This document shows, piece by piece, positions 34,436 to 43,640 of a stretch of DNA of 58,041 nucleotides; position 1 is the first letter of the stretch; the number at the start of each line of letters is the position of its first letter. Source of the DNA: a virus (taxonomy: Duplodnaviria > Caudoviricetes). The position numbers and the translations under genes were made by a program. The notes under the pieces are model-generated. The model saw nothing but the letters and a program-made list of their open reading frames with translations. It was not told the DNA's origin and ran no database searches. The DNA is taken from the IMG/VR virus record IMGVR_UViG_3300045996_002471, positions 1 to 58,041 of that record; one strand, given 5' to 3'.

Positions 34436-35653
34436 GTGGGACGCCCACCCCTCGCACTCGGTGAGTGCGGCTCCATCCGCACCTTCGGCCACCTCGGCGG
34501 CCGATGGATCGCCAAGGCCAACCTGCCCGACGGCGCGAAGCCCGAGAAGTGGCGGGCGGTCGCGAACTACCGCGGCTACGACGGCGTCACCGCGCCGATC
34601 GAACGCCACGGCCGCACCGAGACGAAAGCCAAGTCGGCGCTCAACGCCGAAGTCCGCGACCGCGCTGGCAAGCGCTCCGCGCTGTCCGGCTACTCCAAGT
34701 TCAGCGAGTTCGCCGACGTGTGGCTCGCCGACGCCGAGGAACGCTGCGCGCCGACCACGATGGTCCACTACCGGCTGAACCTCACCAAGCACGTCCTGCC
34801 GCACCTCGGCGAACTCCGCATCAGCGAAGTGCGCGTCGCGCTGCTCGAAGAGTACTTCCGCGCGCTGCGCGCCACCCTCGCGCCGACCACCCGACGCCGG
34901 GTCCGCAGCGTCGTCAAGCAGGTCATGGACGTGCCCGTCCGGCGCGACATCATCGACCACAACCCGGTCACGGCGGTCAGCGCCATCACCGGGTCCACGG
35001 CGATGCCGCCGCGCGCCCTGTCTTCCGACGAACTGCTCGAGTTGCTCGCGCTTGTCGACGCCGACCGTGGAGCCCGCCGCGCGGACCTGCCGGACCTGCT
35101 GCGCGTCATGCTCGGCACCGGTATGCGTGTGGGTGAGGCGTGCGGGCTGCGCTGGTGCGACATCATCATGGGTCCGACGCCCGAGGACAGCCTCGTCCAG
35201 GTCACAGGCAACGCCGTGTTCGTGCCGCGGGTCGGGGTGCTCCGGCACAGCGGTAAGACGTTCGCCGCACGGCGCAACATCGGGATGCCCGCGTTCCTGC
35301 ACACGCTGCTCGCGGTGCGGCGCCCGGAGGACGCGCTTGACACCGATCCGGTGTTCCCGAACAGCATGGGCGGCATGAAGAACCCGCAGACGTTCCAGAA
35401 CGCTCTGGTCCGGTTCAGGCGGCGTGTCTCCCCCGAAGGCGACGAGCAGCGGTGGGAGTGGTTGGTGTCGCACGCCCTGCGTAAGACGACGGCGACGCAA
35501 CTGGACGAGGGCGGGGCGACGGCGCGTGAGATCGCAGACCTGCTGGGACATGTGGACCCGTCGATGACGCAGCGCGTGTACCTCGGGCGGGGGATGCCCA
35601 GTGCCCGTGTCGGCCGGATGTTGGACGCGGCGCACCGCAAACCTGAGGTGTGA
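34436..35653 (+). CDS. int: Tyrosine integrase
   Basis: TGMRVGEACGLRW; K; SHALRKT; LLGH; TQRVY; GGAGG RBS + GTG. Confidence 0.95.
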   Translation: MGRPPLALGECGSIRTFGHLGGRWIAKANLPDGAKPEKWRAVANYRGYDGVTAPIERHGRTETKAKSALNAEVRDRAGKRSALSGYSKFSEFADVWLADAEERCAPTTMVHYRLNLTKHVLPHLGELRISEVRVALLEEYFRALRATLAPTTRRRVRSVVKQVMDVPVRRDIIDHNPVTAVSAITGSTAMPPRALSSDELLELLALVDADRGARRADLPDLLRVMLGTGMRVGEACGLRWCDIIMGPTPEDSLVQVTGNAVFVPRVGVLRHSGKTFAARRNIGMPAFLHTLLAVRRPEDALDTDPVFPNSMGGMKNPQTFQNALVRFRRRVSPEGDEQRWEWLVSHALRKTTATQLDEGGATAREIADLLGHVDPSMTQRVYLGRGMPSARVGRMLDAAHRKPEV

Positions 35654-35792
35654 TGGACGGGGGCTGAGGACCGATGAACGGACCCAGAGGTCCGGCGCGA
35701 ACACCTCCTCAGCCCCCGCCCGATCATTCTGCCCGATCGGGCGACCGGCGTAAGTCTCGGCTCGGCGCCTGCCCTGTGCGACACTCGCCGAC

Positions 35793-35924
35793 ATGAAGGA
35801 AGCGGTAGCGACGGTCCCCGCAGAGGACGGCCCGACTTGCCCGGCGTCGCCCAGCGGACAACACGTGAGGTCGACCGTTCCCGGGCGCAACAGGTGCCAG
35901 TTCTGCGGGGCGGTAATGACGTGA
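35793..35924 (+). CDS. 43-aa Zn-ribbon peptide (not in ORF track)
   Basis: MKEAV...CPASPSGQH...CQFCG; GTGA-coupled to next gene. Confidence 0.4.
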   Translation: MKEAVATVPAEDGPTCPASPSGQHVRSTVPGRNRCQFCGAVMT

Positions 35925-36196
35925 CGGCGGCGCAGCTTCCTCACGACAAGCGCGGCGAGGCTTTGTGCCGCCATCGGCAGCCCGGCCGCTGCACTTGGTG
36001 GTGCAGCTACCGGCGAGGTGTTCTCTGCATCGGTCCTGTCGTCGCCGGGCTGGTCGCGCTGGGGCTGGGTTTGTGGTTGACCGGTGACCCGGCCGCTCGC
36101 GAGCGGGTGAGCGAGGCGTTCACCGCGGTCAGCATCCTGTTGGGTATCACCGTGCCGATCGTGATCGTCGCCAACGCCAAGAGTCACAGCACGTGA
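35921..36196 (+). CDS. Two-TM membrane protein
   Basis: Hydrophobic C-terminal helices. Confidence 0.5.
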   Translation: MTAAQLPHDKRGEALCRHRQPGRCTWWCSYRRGVLCIGPVVAGLVALGLGLWLTGDPAARERVSEAFTAVSILLGITVPIVIVANAKSHST

Positions 36197-36244
36197 TACG
36201 ACGTCCGGAGTAACGTCCGGAAGTGCTCAGGCGACGATGAGGGC

Positions 36245-36748
36245 ATGCGTACCGCCTTACTCCTCGCCGCCGCCGGCCTGCTGCTCACCGCGTGTTCCAG
36301 CTCCCCGCCTGCTTCCAGTCCGGCCACGCTTGAGTCCGAGGTCATCAACATCCCGTCCACGACGTCGTCGGCCGCACCGAAGATCCTCACGTGGGGCGGC
36401 CGGGGCACGTCGACTGGCGTGGACATCCAGCTCGGCACGCCGGTGCCCGACCCGGCGAATGTGGCGGACCTGGGTAAGCGGTACGTGCTGATTCCTGTCA
36501 CCGTGACGAATCGGGCACAGGGGACGGCGACCATCTCGTTCTCGGGTCGGGTGGGTCAGGTGGAGGCTCCGCCGATGGACGTCGGTGCGGAGCCGACGGC
36601 GAAGTTCTTGCCGGGCGAGTCGGGCACGTTCGATCGGCGGTTCGAGGTGCCGGAGGCGGGCGGGGAGTTGATCGTGGAGACGTACGCGAACATCGATCAG
36701 GCCCCGACGGAGAACCGGCTCACGTTCAAGGGTCCGCTGCCGTCCTGA
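36245..36748 (+). CDS. Lipoprotein (DUF4352-like Ig fold), possible superinfection exclusion
   Basis: Lipobox LLLTAC; VTVTN...LPGESG; located between int and lysis genes. Confidence 0.7.
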   Translation: MRTALLLAAAGLLLTACSSSPPASSPATLESEVINIPSTTSSAAPKILTWGGRGTSTGVDIQLGTPVPDPANVADLGKRYVLIPVTVTNRAQGTATISFSGRVGQVEAPPMDVGAEPTAKFLPGESGTFDRRFEVPEAGGELIVETYANIDQAPTENRLTFKGPLPS

Positions 36749-36762
36749 TCTCGGAACGACCG

Positions 36763-36807
36763 AACGCCCCCGCTTCACCGGCCCGGAGGCTGGCGAGCGG
36801 GGGCGTT
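36763..36807. terminator. Bidirectional terminator ending late operon
   Basis: AACGCCCCCGCT...AGCGGGGGCGTT. Confidence 0.75.
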
Positions 36808-36823
36808 GTCCTGTCGGACGGAA

Positions 36824-37222
36824 CTACAGGCGGCGCGGGTAGTCCGTGCCCGCGGACGCACCCGCACCGGCCGGCGTGAGGTCGGCAGCCGGTGGCACCG
36901 GGGCCACGACTACCGGCCGCACCAACAGCCCGGTCAGCACGAGCTCGATGACCACCATGAACGATCCTTGCACCTCGGGCGCCAGGGACCAGCCGAAAGC
37001 GAGACCGATCGCGATGGCGGCCTTGAAGAAACCGACCAGTGCGGCGACGAGCCGCTCGCCCTTCAGTGCCCAGGCGGTGATGACGCCGAGCACGGCGGCG
37101 GCGCCAGCGTTGAGGTAGCCCTGCTGGTCGACCGTCAGCGGCAGCACGGCCGACGAGATGAGAGCGATGAGCCCGGAGGCCAGGGCGAGCCAGTAGGCGG
37201 GCTCGCGACCGAAGACACGCAT
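36824..37222 (-). CDS. Holin
   Basis: MRVFGREPA; 4 TM; follows endolysin. Confidence 0.8.
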   Translation of the reverse strand: MRVFGREPAYWLALASGLIALISSAVLPLTVDQQGYLNAGAAAVLGVITAWALKGERLVAALVGFFKAAIAIGLAFGWSLAPEVQGSFMVVIELVLTGLLVRPVVVAPVPPAADLTPAGAGASAGTDYPRRL

Positions 37223-38148
37223 CAGGCGGCCTCCGTCCCGGTGAGGCGTTCGCCGAGCTTGCGGACGATCTCGTCGGCCTGCCCGGCGTTGTCCTCGCCG
37301 AGCACGTCGCGCACGGCGTCCTCCATCGCCTCACGGTCGATCTGGCGCGCCTGCTCCAGGCGCCGCTCGACCTCGGCCCACTGCTCGTCGAGTTTCGCGT
37401 CCAGGCGGGCGAGGACGTCGGCGTCGGACAGGTCGTCCTTCTGGGCGGCGATCACCGCGGCCAGCAGCGCCTTCACTGCGCCGATGTCCGACAGGATGCT
37501 TTCCCGGATGAACCCGAGGTCCAGGTTGAGCTTGGCGGTGCGGGTCGCTCCGGACACCACGACCTTGTGCAGGTCGAGGAGCCATTGCTCTTGGGGGCCT
37601 GTGAGCACGTCGTCCTCCTGCGGGGAAGTGCGCCATCCGCCGCCGGCGGCGACGTACGGGATGATGTCGTTGCGGATCTGGGCGTTGCGGGCAGTGCCGG
37701 GGCATCCGCGCGGGCCGCCCGCCCAGGGGTAGGGGAACCAGTTGTGGCCGCCGATGCCGCCGCCGTTCCAGGTCTGTGCCGCGGCGCGCTTGATGCCGTG
37801 CGTCTCGCACACCCAGGCGGCCAGGCGCTTGGCGGCGGCGAGTTGTGCCGTGCTCCAGGCCATCGAGTCGGGGGTGTTGCCGCCGTCCCAGGTCTCGACG
37901 CTGATCGCGAAGTTGTTGGCGTCCATGTTGGCGTCGGCCCTGGCCGACGTGTCCATGAACTGGTAGATGGTGCCGAACTGGCCGATGTAGAAGTGGGACT
38001 CCAGCTCCACACCGGGTGTGGTCCAGTAGCCGAGCAGCGACTCTGCCGAACTGACCGCGCGGTGGTAGATCAGCGTGGTGGGCGTGATCCGGCCCTGCGA
38101 GTACGACTCGGGGATGATCTGCTGCACGGCGAACGGGCAGATGGCCAT
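37222..38148 (-). CDS. Endolysin, amidase_2 type
   Basis: LIYHRA; ESHFYI; AISVETWD; GGH; CPG; helical C-terminal domain. Confidence 0.85.
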   Translation of the reverse strand: MAICPFAVQQIIPESYSQGRITPTTLIYHRAVSSAESLLGYWTTPGVELESHFYIGQFGTIYQFMDTSARADANMDANNFAISVETWDGGNTPDSMAWSTAQLAAAKRLAAWVCETHGIKRAAAQTWNGGGIGGHNWFPYPWAGGPRGCPGTARNAQIRNDIIPYVAAGGGWRTSPQEDDVLTGPQEQWLLDLHKVVVSGATRTAKLNLDLGFIRESILSDIGAVKALLAAVIAAQKDDLSDADVLARLDAKLDEQWAEVERRLEQARQIDREAMEDAVRDVLGEDNAGQADEIVRKLGERLTGTEAA

Positions 38149-38149
38149 G

Positions 38150-38668
38150 TCAGGTCTCCGTTCCGCTGTCGGACAGGCGCGCGGCCGTCGCTTCGATCTC
38201 CGTGCCGTACGCGGCCGACGGCGCCCATCGGGTGCCGAGGTCGGCGAAGTGCACGCAGCGGTGCTTGCCGACCACCAGCCAGTACCTCGGGTCTACGACC
38301 GTGCCCCCGACGGGGCAGTTCGCGTAGGCCCTCAGGTGCTGGATGTGGGCGATCGCGCCGACCTCCCACGATGGGAAGATCTGGTGCGCGAAAGGCTGGT
38401 CGCCGGAGGCGATCGGGTCGAACCCGAGGTTGCGGATCTTGAGGCCGCAGGTGTTGTAGAACTGCGGCTTCACCTTGCCGGTGAACCGTCCGCCGCCGGT
38501 CTCCTTGTAGGACTGGGCGACCGCTCCGACAGGGTCCACCGCGTAGTGCAGTGCGGCCTGCCAGACCGCCGGCAGGATGTCGTTCAGGAACAGGTCGTTC
38601 GCGCCCAAGCGGGAGAGGTTGGCGCGGACAGTCGGATGTTCTGCTGAGGGTGGTCCGATGATGCGCAT
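38150..38668 (-). CDS. Second endolysin, glucosaminidase (GH73-like)
   Basis: AQSYKETG; NTCGLK; FPSWEVGAIAHIQHL; RWAPSAAYG. Confidence 0.75.
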   Translation of the reverse strand: MRIIGPPSAEHPTVRANLSRLGANDLFLNDILPAVWQAALHYAVDPVGAVAQSYKETGGGRFTGKVKPQFYNTCGLKIRNLGFDPIASGDQPFAHQIFPSWEVGAIAHIQHLRAYANCPVGGTVVDPRYWLVVGKHRCVHFADLGTRWAPSAAYGTEIEATAARLSDSGTET

Positions 38669-38675
38669 GGTGGCC

Positions 38676-38873
38676 TCACGTTCTGTCGTCGGATCGGGGT
38701 GTGAGGTCGCCAACGACCCAGACACAGCCCTCACGGATCTCGGTACGCACCCGCACCGCCACGCCAGTCAGGCCGGCCCGCGCGACGGCGTCCTCAATGC
38801 GTGCCCGCACCCGCCGTATCGCCTCGTCGACCTCGTCCTGGTCCACGTCCTCCGGCAGCGGAGACGTCTCCAC
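38676..38873 (-). CDS. Hypothetical protein
   Basis: In late operon. Confidence 0.5.
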   Translation of the reverse strand: METSPLPEDVDQDEVDEAIRRVRARIEDAVARAGLTGVAVRVRTEIREGCVWVVGDLTPRSDDRT

Positions 38874-38876
38874 CAG

Positions 38877-39407
38877 TCACCCGCACACGTCACGAGGCGG
38901 CTCCGGCAGCGGATGGTCCGCCTGCTTCTGCCGCGACTCAGCCCGCGTGTCCAGGTACTCGCGCAACGCCGTCCTGAACCGCTCCCGGTTCTCCGGCGTC
39001 GGGATTTCGTTGGCCAGCCTGCCGACCTCGGTCATCAGGCCGTCCAACGCCAGTTGCCACTCGGTGTTCGCGTTGGCCCGCGACTCGAACGCGTCCGCGA
39101 ACCCGTCGCTGTAGGCCCGCACACAGTCCGCGACCCGGCGGGTAGCCGAGTCTTGGTAGAGGCTCGACGCGGCAGTGAACAACCCCAACAGCACCAGCAC
39201 GGCACCGACTACCTGCTCCGACCGCGGACGCTTCCGTCGCCGCACCGGCACTGGCGCTTCTCCTTCGGTCACCACGTCCGCGATCACCTCCACGTCGTCG
39301 GCCAGCCGATCCACCGTGCGGGTCACCCGGCCGACTGAGAACCCGACCACCAGCCCGGCCGCGGCCCACAGTGCCGAGTGCAGGGCGTACTCGAACGTCG
39401 GGTTCAC
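38877..39407 (-). CDS. Membrane protein of lysis region
   Basis: Two TMs, coiled coil, C-terminal PEPP..C. Confidence 0.65.
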   Translation of the reverse strand: MNPTFEYALHSALWAAAGLVVGFSVGRVTRTVDRLADDVEVIADVVTEGEAPVPVRRRKRPRSEQVVGAVLVLLGLFTAASSLYQDSATRRVADCVRAYSDGFADAFESRANANTEWQLALDGLMTEVGRLANEIPTPENRERFRTALREYLDTRAESRQKQADHPLPEPPRDVCG

Positions 39408-39697
39408 GAGTCATCACCCCGGGATGGGTCGGCGGCCGGGGGCGGTGTGTCCTCGGCGGGTTCCTGTGGCGGTTCGTCCCCGGATGTGCGCAGCAGGCGC
39501 CGCCGCGCGGCGGCGAATGTCTCCCGCTTCGGCGTGAGACCGAACACCGCACCGACGATGATCGCGAAGATCGCGTTGATGGTCGCGTCGTGCCGGTCCG
39601 GGTAGAGCGCTCCGACGACGACGTTCGCGGCCCACACGGTCGAGACGAGGATCGTGATCCCGATCGCCAACGGTCTGGACAGCACCTGCACCCCCAA
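39404..39697 (-). CDS. Two-TM membrane protein of lysis region
   Basis: Hydrophobic helices; coupled. Confidence 0.6.
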   Translation of the reverse strand: MGVQVLSRPLAIGITILVSTVWAANVVVGALYPDRHDATINAIFAIIVGAVFGLTPKRETFAAARRRLLRTSGDEPPQEPAEDTPPPAADPSRGDDS

Positions 39698-39762
39698 GGG
39701 TCAGTGGTGGACGTGGAGACCACCGACCTGCCCGATCAGGCGGTGAAGAAGGCATCTGCGGC

Positions 39763-40080
39763 TCAGGCCGCCGCGGCTGGTGGCGCGCCGGCCACCGCGT
39801 CGAACACCGAGTTGACGGTGAACTGCAGGTCACTGTCCGACGAATCGGTGGTGATCACCGGATTCGCGGCGACGGCGTGCGCGAACCGCTCCTCGTGGTC
39901 GTCCAAGTCCGCGAAGATGTTCGTCGCCAGGGAACGGCGCAGATTCGACCGTTCCGGCTGGTTCGGGTTCGCCTGCTCGGCGGCCACCTGTACCGCGGCG
40001 ACCACCATCGCCGCCCGCACCCGGCGCCGGAACGCCGGGTCTGTCGCGAGGTCTGCGATGTCGACCAAAACGCCTGCCAT
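39763..40080 (-). CDS. Tail-associated protein
   Basis: LATDPAFRRRV...SDSDLQFTVNSVF; GGGGAG RBS. Confidence 0.65.
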   Translation of the reverse strand: MAGVLVDIADLATDPAFRRRVRAAMVVAAVQVAAEQANPNQPERSNLRRSLATNIFADLDDHEERFAHAVAANPVITTDSSDSDLQFTVNSVFDAVAGAPPAAAA

Positions 40081-40091
40081 GTCTCCCCGAT

Positions 40092-40322
40092 CTATGCGAT
40101 CTTGCCTGTGACGAGCCAGTAGTCGCCGCTGCAGTCGATGGCGACGGTGTCCCCCGCGGTGGGGGTGTAGGTGGACAGCCGGCGTAGCGCCATCGACGTG
40201 CCCTCGACGGTCACCTGCACCCGGCCACCGGTCGCGGCACCGGTGACGAAGCCGGAGCGGCGGGTGCGCTGGTCCAGCCAGCGGGCCAGGACCATCAGGA
40301 ACGCGCGCGCGAACCGGTTCAC
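40092..40322 (-). CDS. Small minor tail protein
   Basis: YTPTAGDTV...LVTGKI. Confidence 0.65.
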   Translation of the reverse strand: MNRFARAFLMVLARWLDQRTRRSGFVTGAATGGRVQVTVEGTSMALRRLSTYTPTAGDTVAIDCSGDYWLVTGKIA

Positions 40323-40331
40323 GAGGCCTCC

Positions 40332-41411
40332 TCACTGTTCGGGGGGCAGGTCCACCGACCTGGTGCCGATCTGCTGCGTCCCCTCCGGGCCCAGCGGGAT
40401 CGGAACCCGATCGAGGATGATCAGCCGGGTGGTGTCCTCGTCGACGGCCATCCACACGTCACCCGGATCCGCCGCCGGGTTCACCAGGCCGGTGTAGGAC
40501 ACCTGCACCGCGGTGCCCTTCGACCGGGCCAGCAACGCCTGACCGGCGGTGGTGCACATGCCGGTGGTGGTGAGCGTGTCGCTGGAGTAACGGCGGGACT
40601 TGCGGCCGAACGGACCGCCCCACCGGGTGGGCGACAGCGGATCGTCATCGGTGACCGTGGCCGTCACTCCGTCGCGGCCCACCACCACCCACCGGTTGTA
40701 GACCAAGGCGCTGTCGAGCACGTCGTCCGCGGTCAGGATGTTCGCCGTCGGGCCTGTGCGGACCTGCCACACCCACGACGACGACAGCACCGGCTGCGCT
40801 CGGATCACCCCGGCGCCGAGCCGGTCGAAGAACACCTCGGCCCCGATGGACAGCGCGAGCGTCTCCACGCCCTCCCACCGCTCCCGCGGCAGCTCGATCT
40901 GCGCGGCGACCTGGGCCGACCCTGTCTGGTCAACCACCGCCACCCCCGTACCGAGCGTCTCCTGGATCAGGCGGCGGATCTCGACCGTGGTCAGCGCCCC
41001 GGACACCGTCTGCACCGGCGCGTCAAACCGGTCGTCGGCCACGGGCTTGGACCGGTCGACCAGTTGCACCGTCGTGTCGTCGGTGACCGGCCGCTGCCGC
41101 GCGACGCGCGACATCCGGTACCGGCCGCACGGCACCCACTCGAAGTCCCCCGAGCGCAGGCCGATGCCGTACTCGACCAGCACCTCGCTACCCCACGGCG
41201 TGAGCAGGTCCGTCGGGGACTTGGGCCAGTAGGAAGGGTCGGCCTGCAGGGTGCCAGTCCAGCGCACCGCGCTGGTGGCGTCGCCGACGACCTCCCCGTC
41301 CGAGATCGGCAGCTCCAGCACGCCGAGGCTGGGCGAGTAGATCGTGGCGCGCGCGGACATGGCGTGCGACTCGTCCAACGCCAACCGGGCCGCCGAGCTG
41401 ATCGGCCACAT
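40332..41411 (-). CDS. Minor tail protein (DUF5047-like hub)
   Basis: LTPWGSEV; EVFFDRLG; YNRWVVVG; GGPFG; NPAADPGD. Confidence 0.8.
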   Translation of the reverse strand: MWPISSAARLALDESHAMSARATIYSPSLGVLELPISDGEVVGDATSAVRWTGTLQADPSYWPKSPTDLLTPWGSEVLVEYGIGLRSGDFEWVPCGRYRMSRVARQRPVTDDTTVQLVDRSKPVADDRFDAPVQTVSGALTTVEIRRLIQETLGTGVAVVDQTGSAQVAAQIELPRERWEGVETLALSIGAEVFFDRLGAGVIRAQPVLSSSWVWQVRTGPTANILTADDVLDSALVYNRWVVVGRDGVTATVTDDDPLSPTRWGGPFGRKSRRYSSDTLTTTGMCTTAGQALLARSKGTAVQVSYTGLVNPAADPGDVWMAVDEDTTRLIILDRVPIPLGPEGTQQIGTRSVDLPPEQ

Positions 41412-42820
41412 CACGACACCAGCGCGGACGGCGCATCCACCGGGTCGAACTCGGCGCTGATCGCCCACGCGTCCTGCCAGGCCTTGCGGCCCTCCGGGTC
41501 CTCGGTCAGGTCCCCGAGCGACACCCAGTCCACGTCTCCGAAGTTGAACTCTGCGGGGGTGCGCAGCAGCACAGGTTGTCCGTCGGCGAACACGGCGAGC
41601 AGCCACTCCCGCTCCGCCGCCGAGATCGCGTTGAACACCAGCGTGCCGCGCGGCGCCTGCCGCCGAGCCTCCGTGACCACCACTACCCTCGTCCGCCCGA
41701 GCGCTTGGTGTCGGCCGCGGCGGATCGGACGTACCAACGCCGGTTTCACGCGCAGGTCCGCCATCGCCGGATGTCCCGGCGTGCTGGGGTGTGTCAGCCA
41801 TGTCCGGCCCAGCGATTCCAGTACCACCGGCTCTGCGGTCATCCTGCCCCCGACCGCGGCCGGGTTGGTGAGGATGTAGGTGACCCGCTGGTCCAGCGGG
41901 CACTCGCCGTCCACGACCTCGACCACGTCCGCGAGCAGGCTGGTGGACAGCTCGGGCGTCCCGATCCACTGGCCGCCGAGCATGTCGCCGTCCACGTAGG
42001 AGCCGTCGCTGTCCGCGGTCGGCTCGATCAGCACGCGGGTCAGATCCATGGTCGCCCCGGCGGGCAGGCCGGTGGCTGTCACCCGCAGCCCGGTCAACGT
42101 CGTCGCGGCGGTCGGCGGGACCAGCGCCAGACTCTGTCGTGCCCACTGCTGGACGCTCTGCACCACCGACGACGCTGAGGCCACCGCTGTTGTCGAGGCG
42201 GTCGCCACACCCACGGCATCCGCCCACGTGGCGATGACACCCCATGCCGACGGGGTAGCCGACAACTGCAGGTCTAGGGCGACGGTCAGGGTGGTCGCGC
42301 CCGGCACCGAGCGGGGAATGTTCACCTCGCACGTCCCGGCGGATGCGATCAACGCGCGCAACGCCCACGTGTCGGTGCCGGTGGAGATCCGCGACAGCGT
42401 CGGTGAACCGGTGCCTGCGGTGTAGCCGGTGGTCGCGCCGTCGAGTTTGGGGTTGGTGGACAGGTTCCGCCGGGTCGCGCCCGGTAGGGCGGGGTAGCTG
42501 CCGCGGACCGGGGTGATCGTGCCGTCGTCGGTCTGTCGCATGACCTGCAGCCCGACCGCGTCCGGCCACCACACCAGCAGCCGGCACACGCCGAGTTCCG
42601 GTTCCGTCACCACGACGATGCCACCGCCGGGGTAGAGGGCGACGTTGCCACCACCGCCCCACACCAGCACCGACCACGGTTCAACTCCACGCTCGAGGGT
42701 GTAGGTGTAGGTGCGGGTGCCGCCGTCCACCGGCGGAGGAATCTGTTGGCCAGGGCCAGGCGGGGGTGTGGTGCCGCCGCCCCACGCGGTCGCCCCGTAG
42801 GCGTCGAGAGACCACGTCAT
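41411..42820 (-). CDS. Minor tail protein with carbohydrate-binding-like domain
   Basis: RNLSTNP; YVDGD...WIGTP; DGECPLDQRVTY; synteny. Confidence 0.75.
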   Translation of the reverse strand: MTWSLDAYGATAWGGGTTPPPGPGQQIPPPVDGGTRTYTYTLERGVEPWSVLVWGGGGNVALYPGGGIVVVTEPELGVCRLLVWWPDAVGLQVMRQTDDGTITPVRGSYPALPGATRRNLSTNPKLDGATTGYTAGTGSPTLSRISTGTDTWALRALIASAGTCEVNIPRSVPGATTLTVALDLQLSATPSAWGVIATWADAVGVATASTTAVASASSVVQSVQQWARQSLALVPPTAATTLTGLRVTATGLPAGATMDLTRVLIEPTADSDGSYVDGDMLGGQWIGTPELSTSLLADVVEVVDGECPLDQRVTYILTNPAAVGGRMTAEPVVLESLGRTWLTHPSTPGHPAMADLRVKPALVRPIRRGRHQALGRTRVVVVTEARRQAPRGTLVFNAISAAEREWLLAVFADGQPVLLRTPAEFNFGDVDWVSLGDLTEDPEGRKAWQDAWAISAEFDPVDAPSALVS

Positions 42821-42821
42821 G

Positions 42822-43628
42822 TCAGGACCCGGTATCCCACAGTTCCAGGCGGCGCCCGTTGCCTGCCAGGGTGACGTTGTTGGCGGACTGCGCGGTGAGG
42901 CCGACGGTGTAGGTGCCGGTGGTGGGGACCGTGAACTGGCCGTCGATGCTCAGGGGTCGAGAGTTGGTGGAGCCGTCGATGGTGTTGTCCCAGAATGCGG
43001 TGCCGCTGGCCGTGGTGAGCGTGCCACCCGACTGGTATCGCATCCGCAGCGTCGGGAACGCGGGCGGGGCGGCGGCCAGCGAGTAGGTGCCATGCCACCG
43101 CAGCGAGTAGGTGACGTTCTGAGCGAAGACCCGGGTGATGGTCTCCAACACCGTTTCGGTGGAGCCCACGACATCGCTCACCCGGGTCGCCGTGTTCAGC
43201 AGCCGCGAGATGCCTTTCCATCCGCTGCCCGTGAACTCGACCAGGCGGCTGGCTTCGTCGGCCACCAGCGCCCGCATGCCGTAGTGCGCGTCAGTGGGCA
43301 AACCCGCCCGCGTGTAGTAGCCAACGGTGTCACGGGTCGTCGGCGTGCAACGGAACGCGCTGCTGCTGCCCCACGCCACCGCCGTGGTGCCCTCACGGCC
43401 ACGCACGACGGTGATGTTCGACGAGGACGCGGCGTGCCCGGTGACCCACACGACCTCTCGGACACCGAGCGTGTCGTTGGACAGCACTAACGGCATGTAC
43501 ACGGCGGTGGTGTAATCGGTCGGCAGCGCCGCGAACGTCGGAGACGTCAGCGTGACGTCACTGATCGTGGCCTCCGCGCTGAGCTGGCCGAAGAAGTAGT
43601 CCCGCGGCCTGCGGATCTCGTACACCAT
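42822..43628 (-). CDS. Minor tail protein
   Basis: EVVWVTGH...VVRGREGT.A..W; follows tape measure. Confidence 0.7.
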   Translation of the reverse strand: MVYEIRRPRDYFFGQLSAEATISDVTLTSPTFAALPTDYTTAVYMPLVLSNDTLGVREVVWVTGHAASSSNITVVRGREGTTAVAWGSSSAFRCTPTTRDTVGYYTRAGLPTDAHYGMRALVADEASRLVEFTGSGWKGISRLLNTATRVSDVVGSTETVLETITRVFAQNVTYSLRWHGTYSLAAAPPAFPTLRMRYQSGGTLTTASGTAFWDNTIDGSTNSRPLSIDGQFTVPTTGTYTVGLTAQSANNVTLAGNGRRLELWDTGS

Positions 43629-43640
43629 GGGCAGGGTCTC

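Noticed and set aside
34385-36187. 600-aa minus-strand ORF
   Set aside because: Shadow of the integrase, which carries all catalytic motifs on the plus strand
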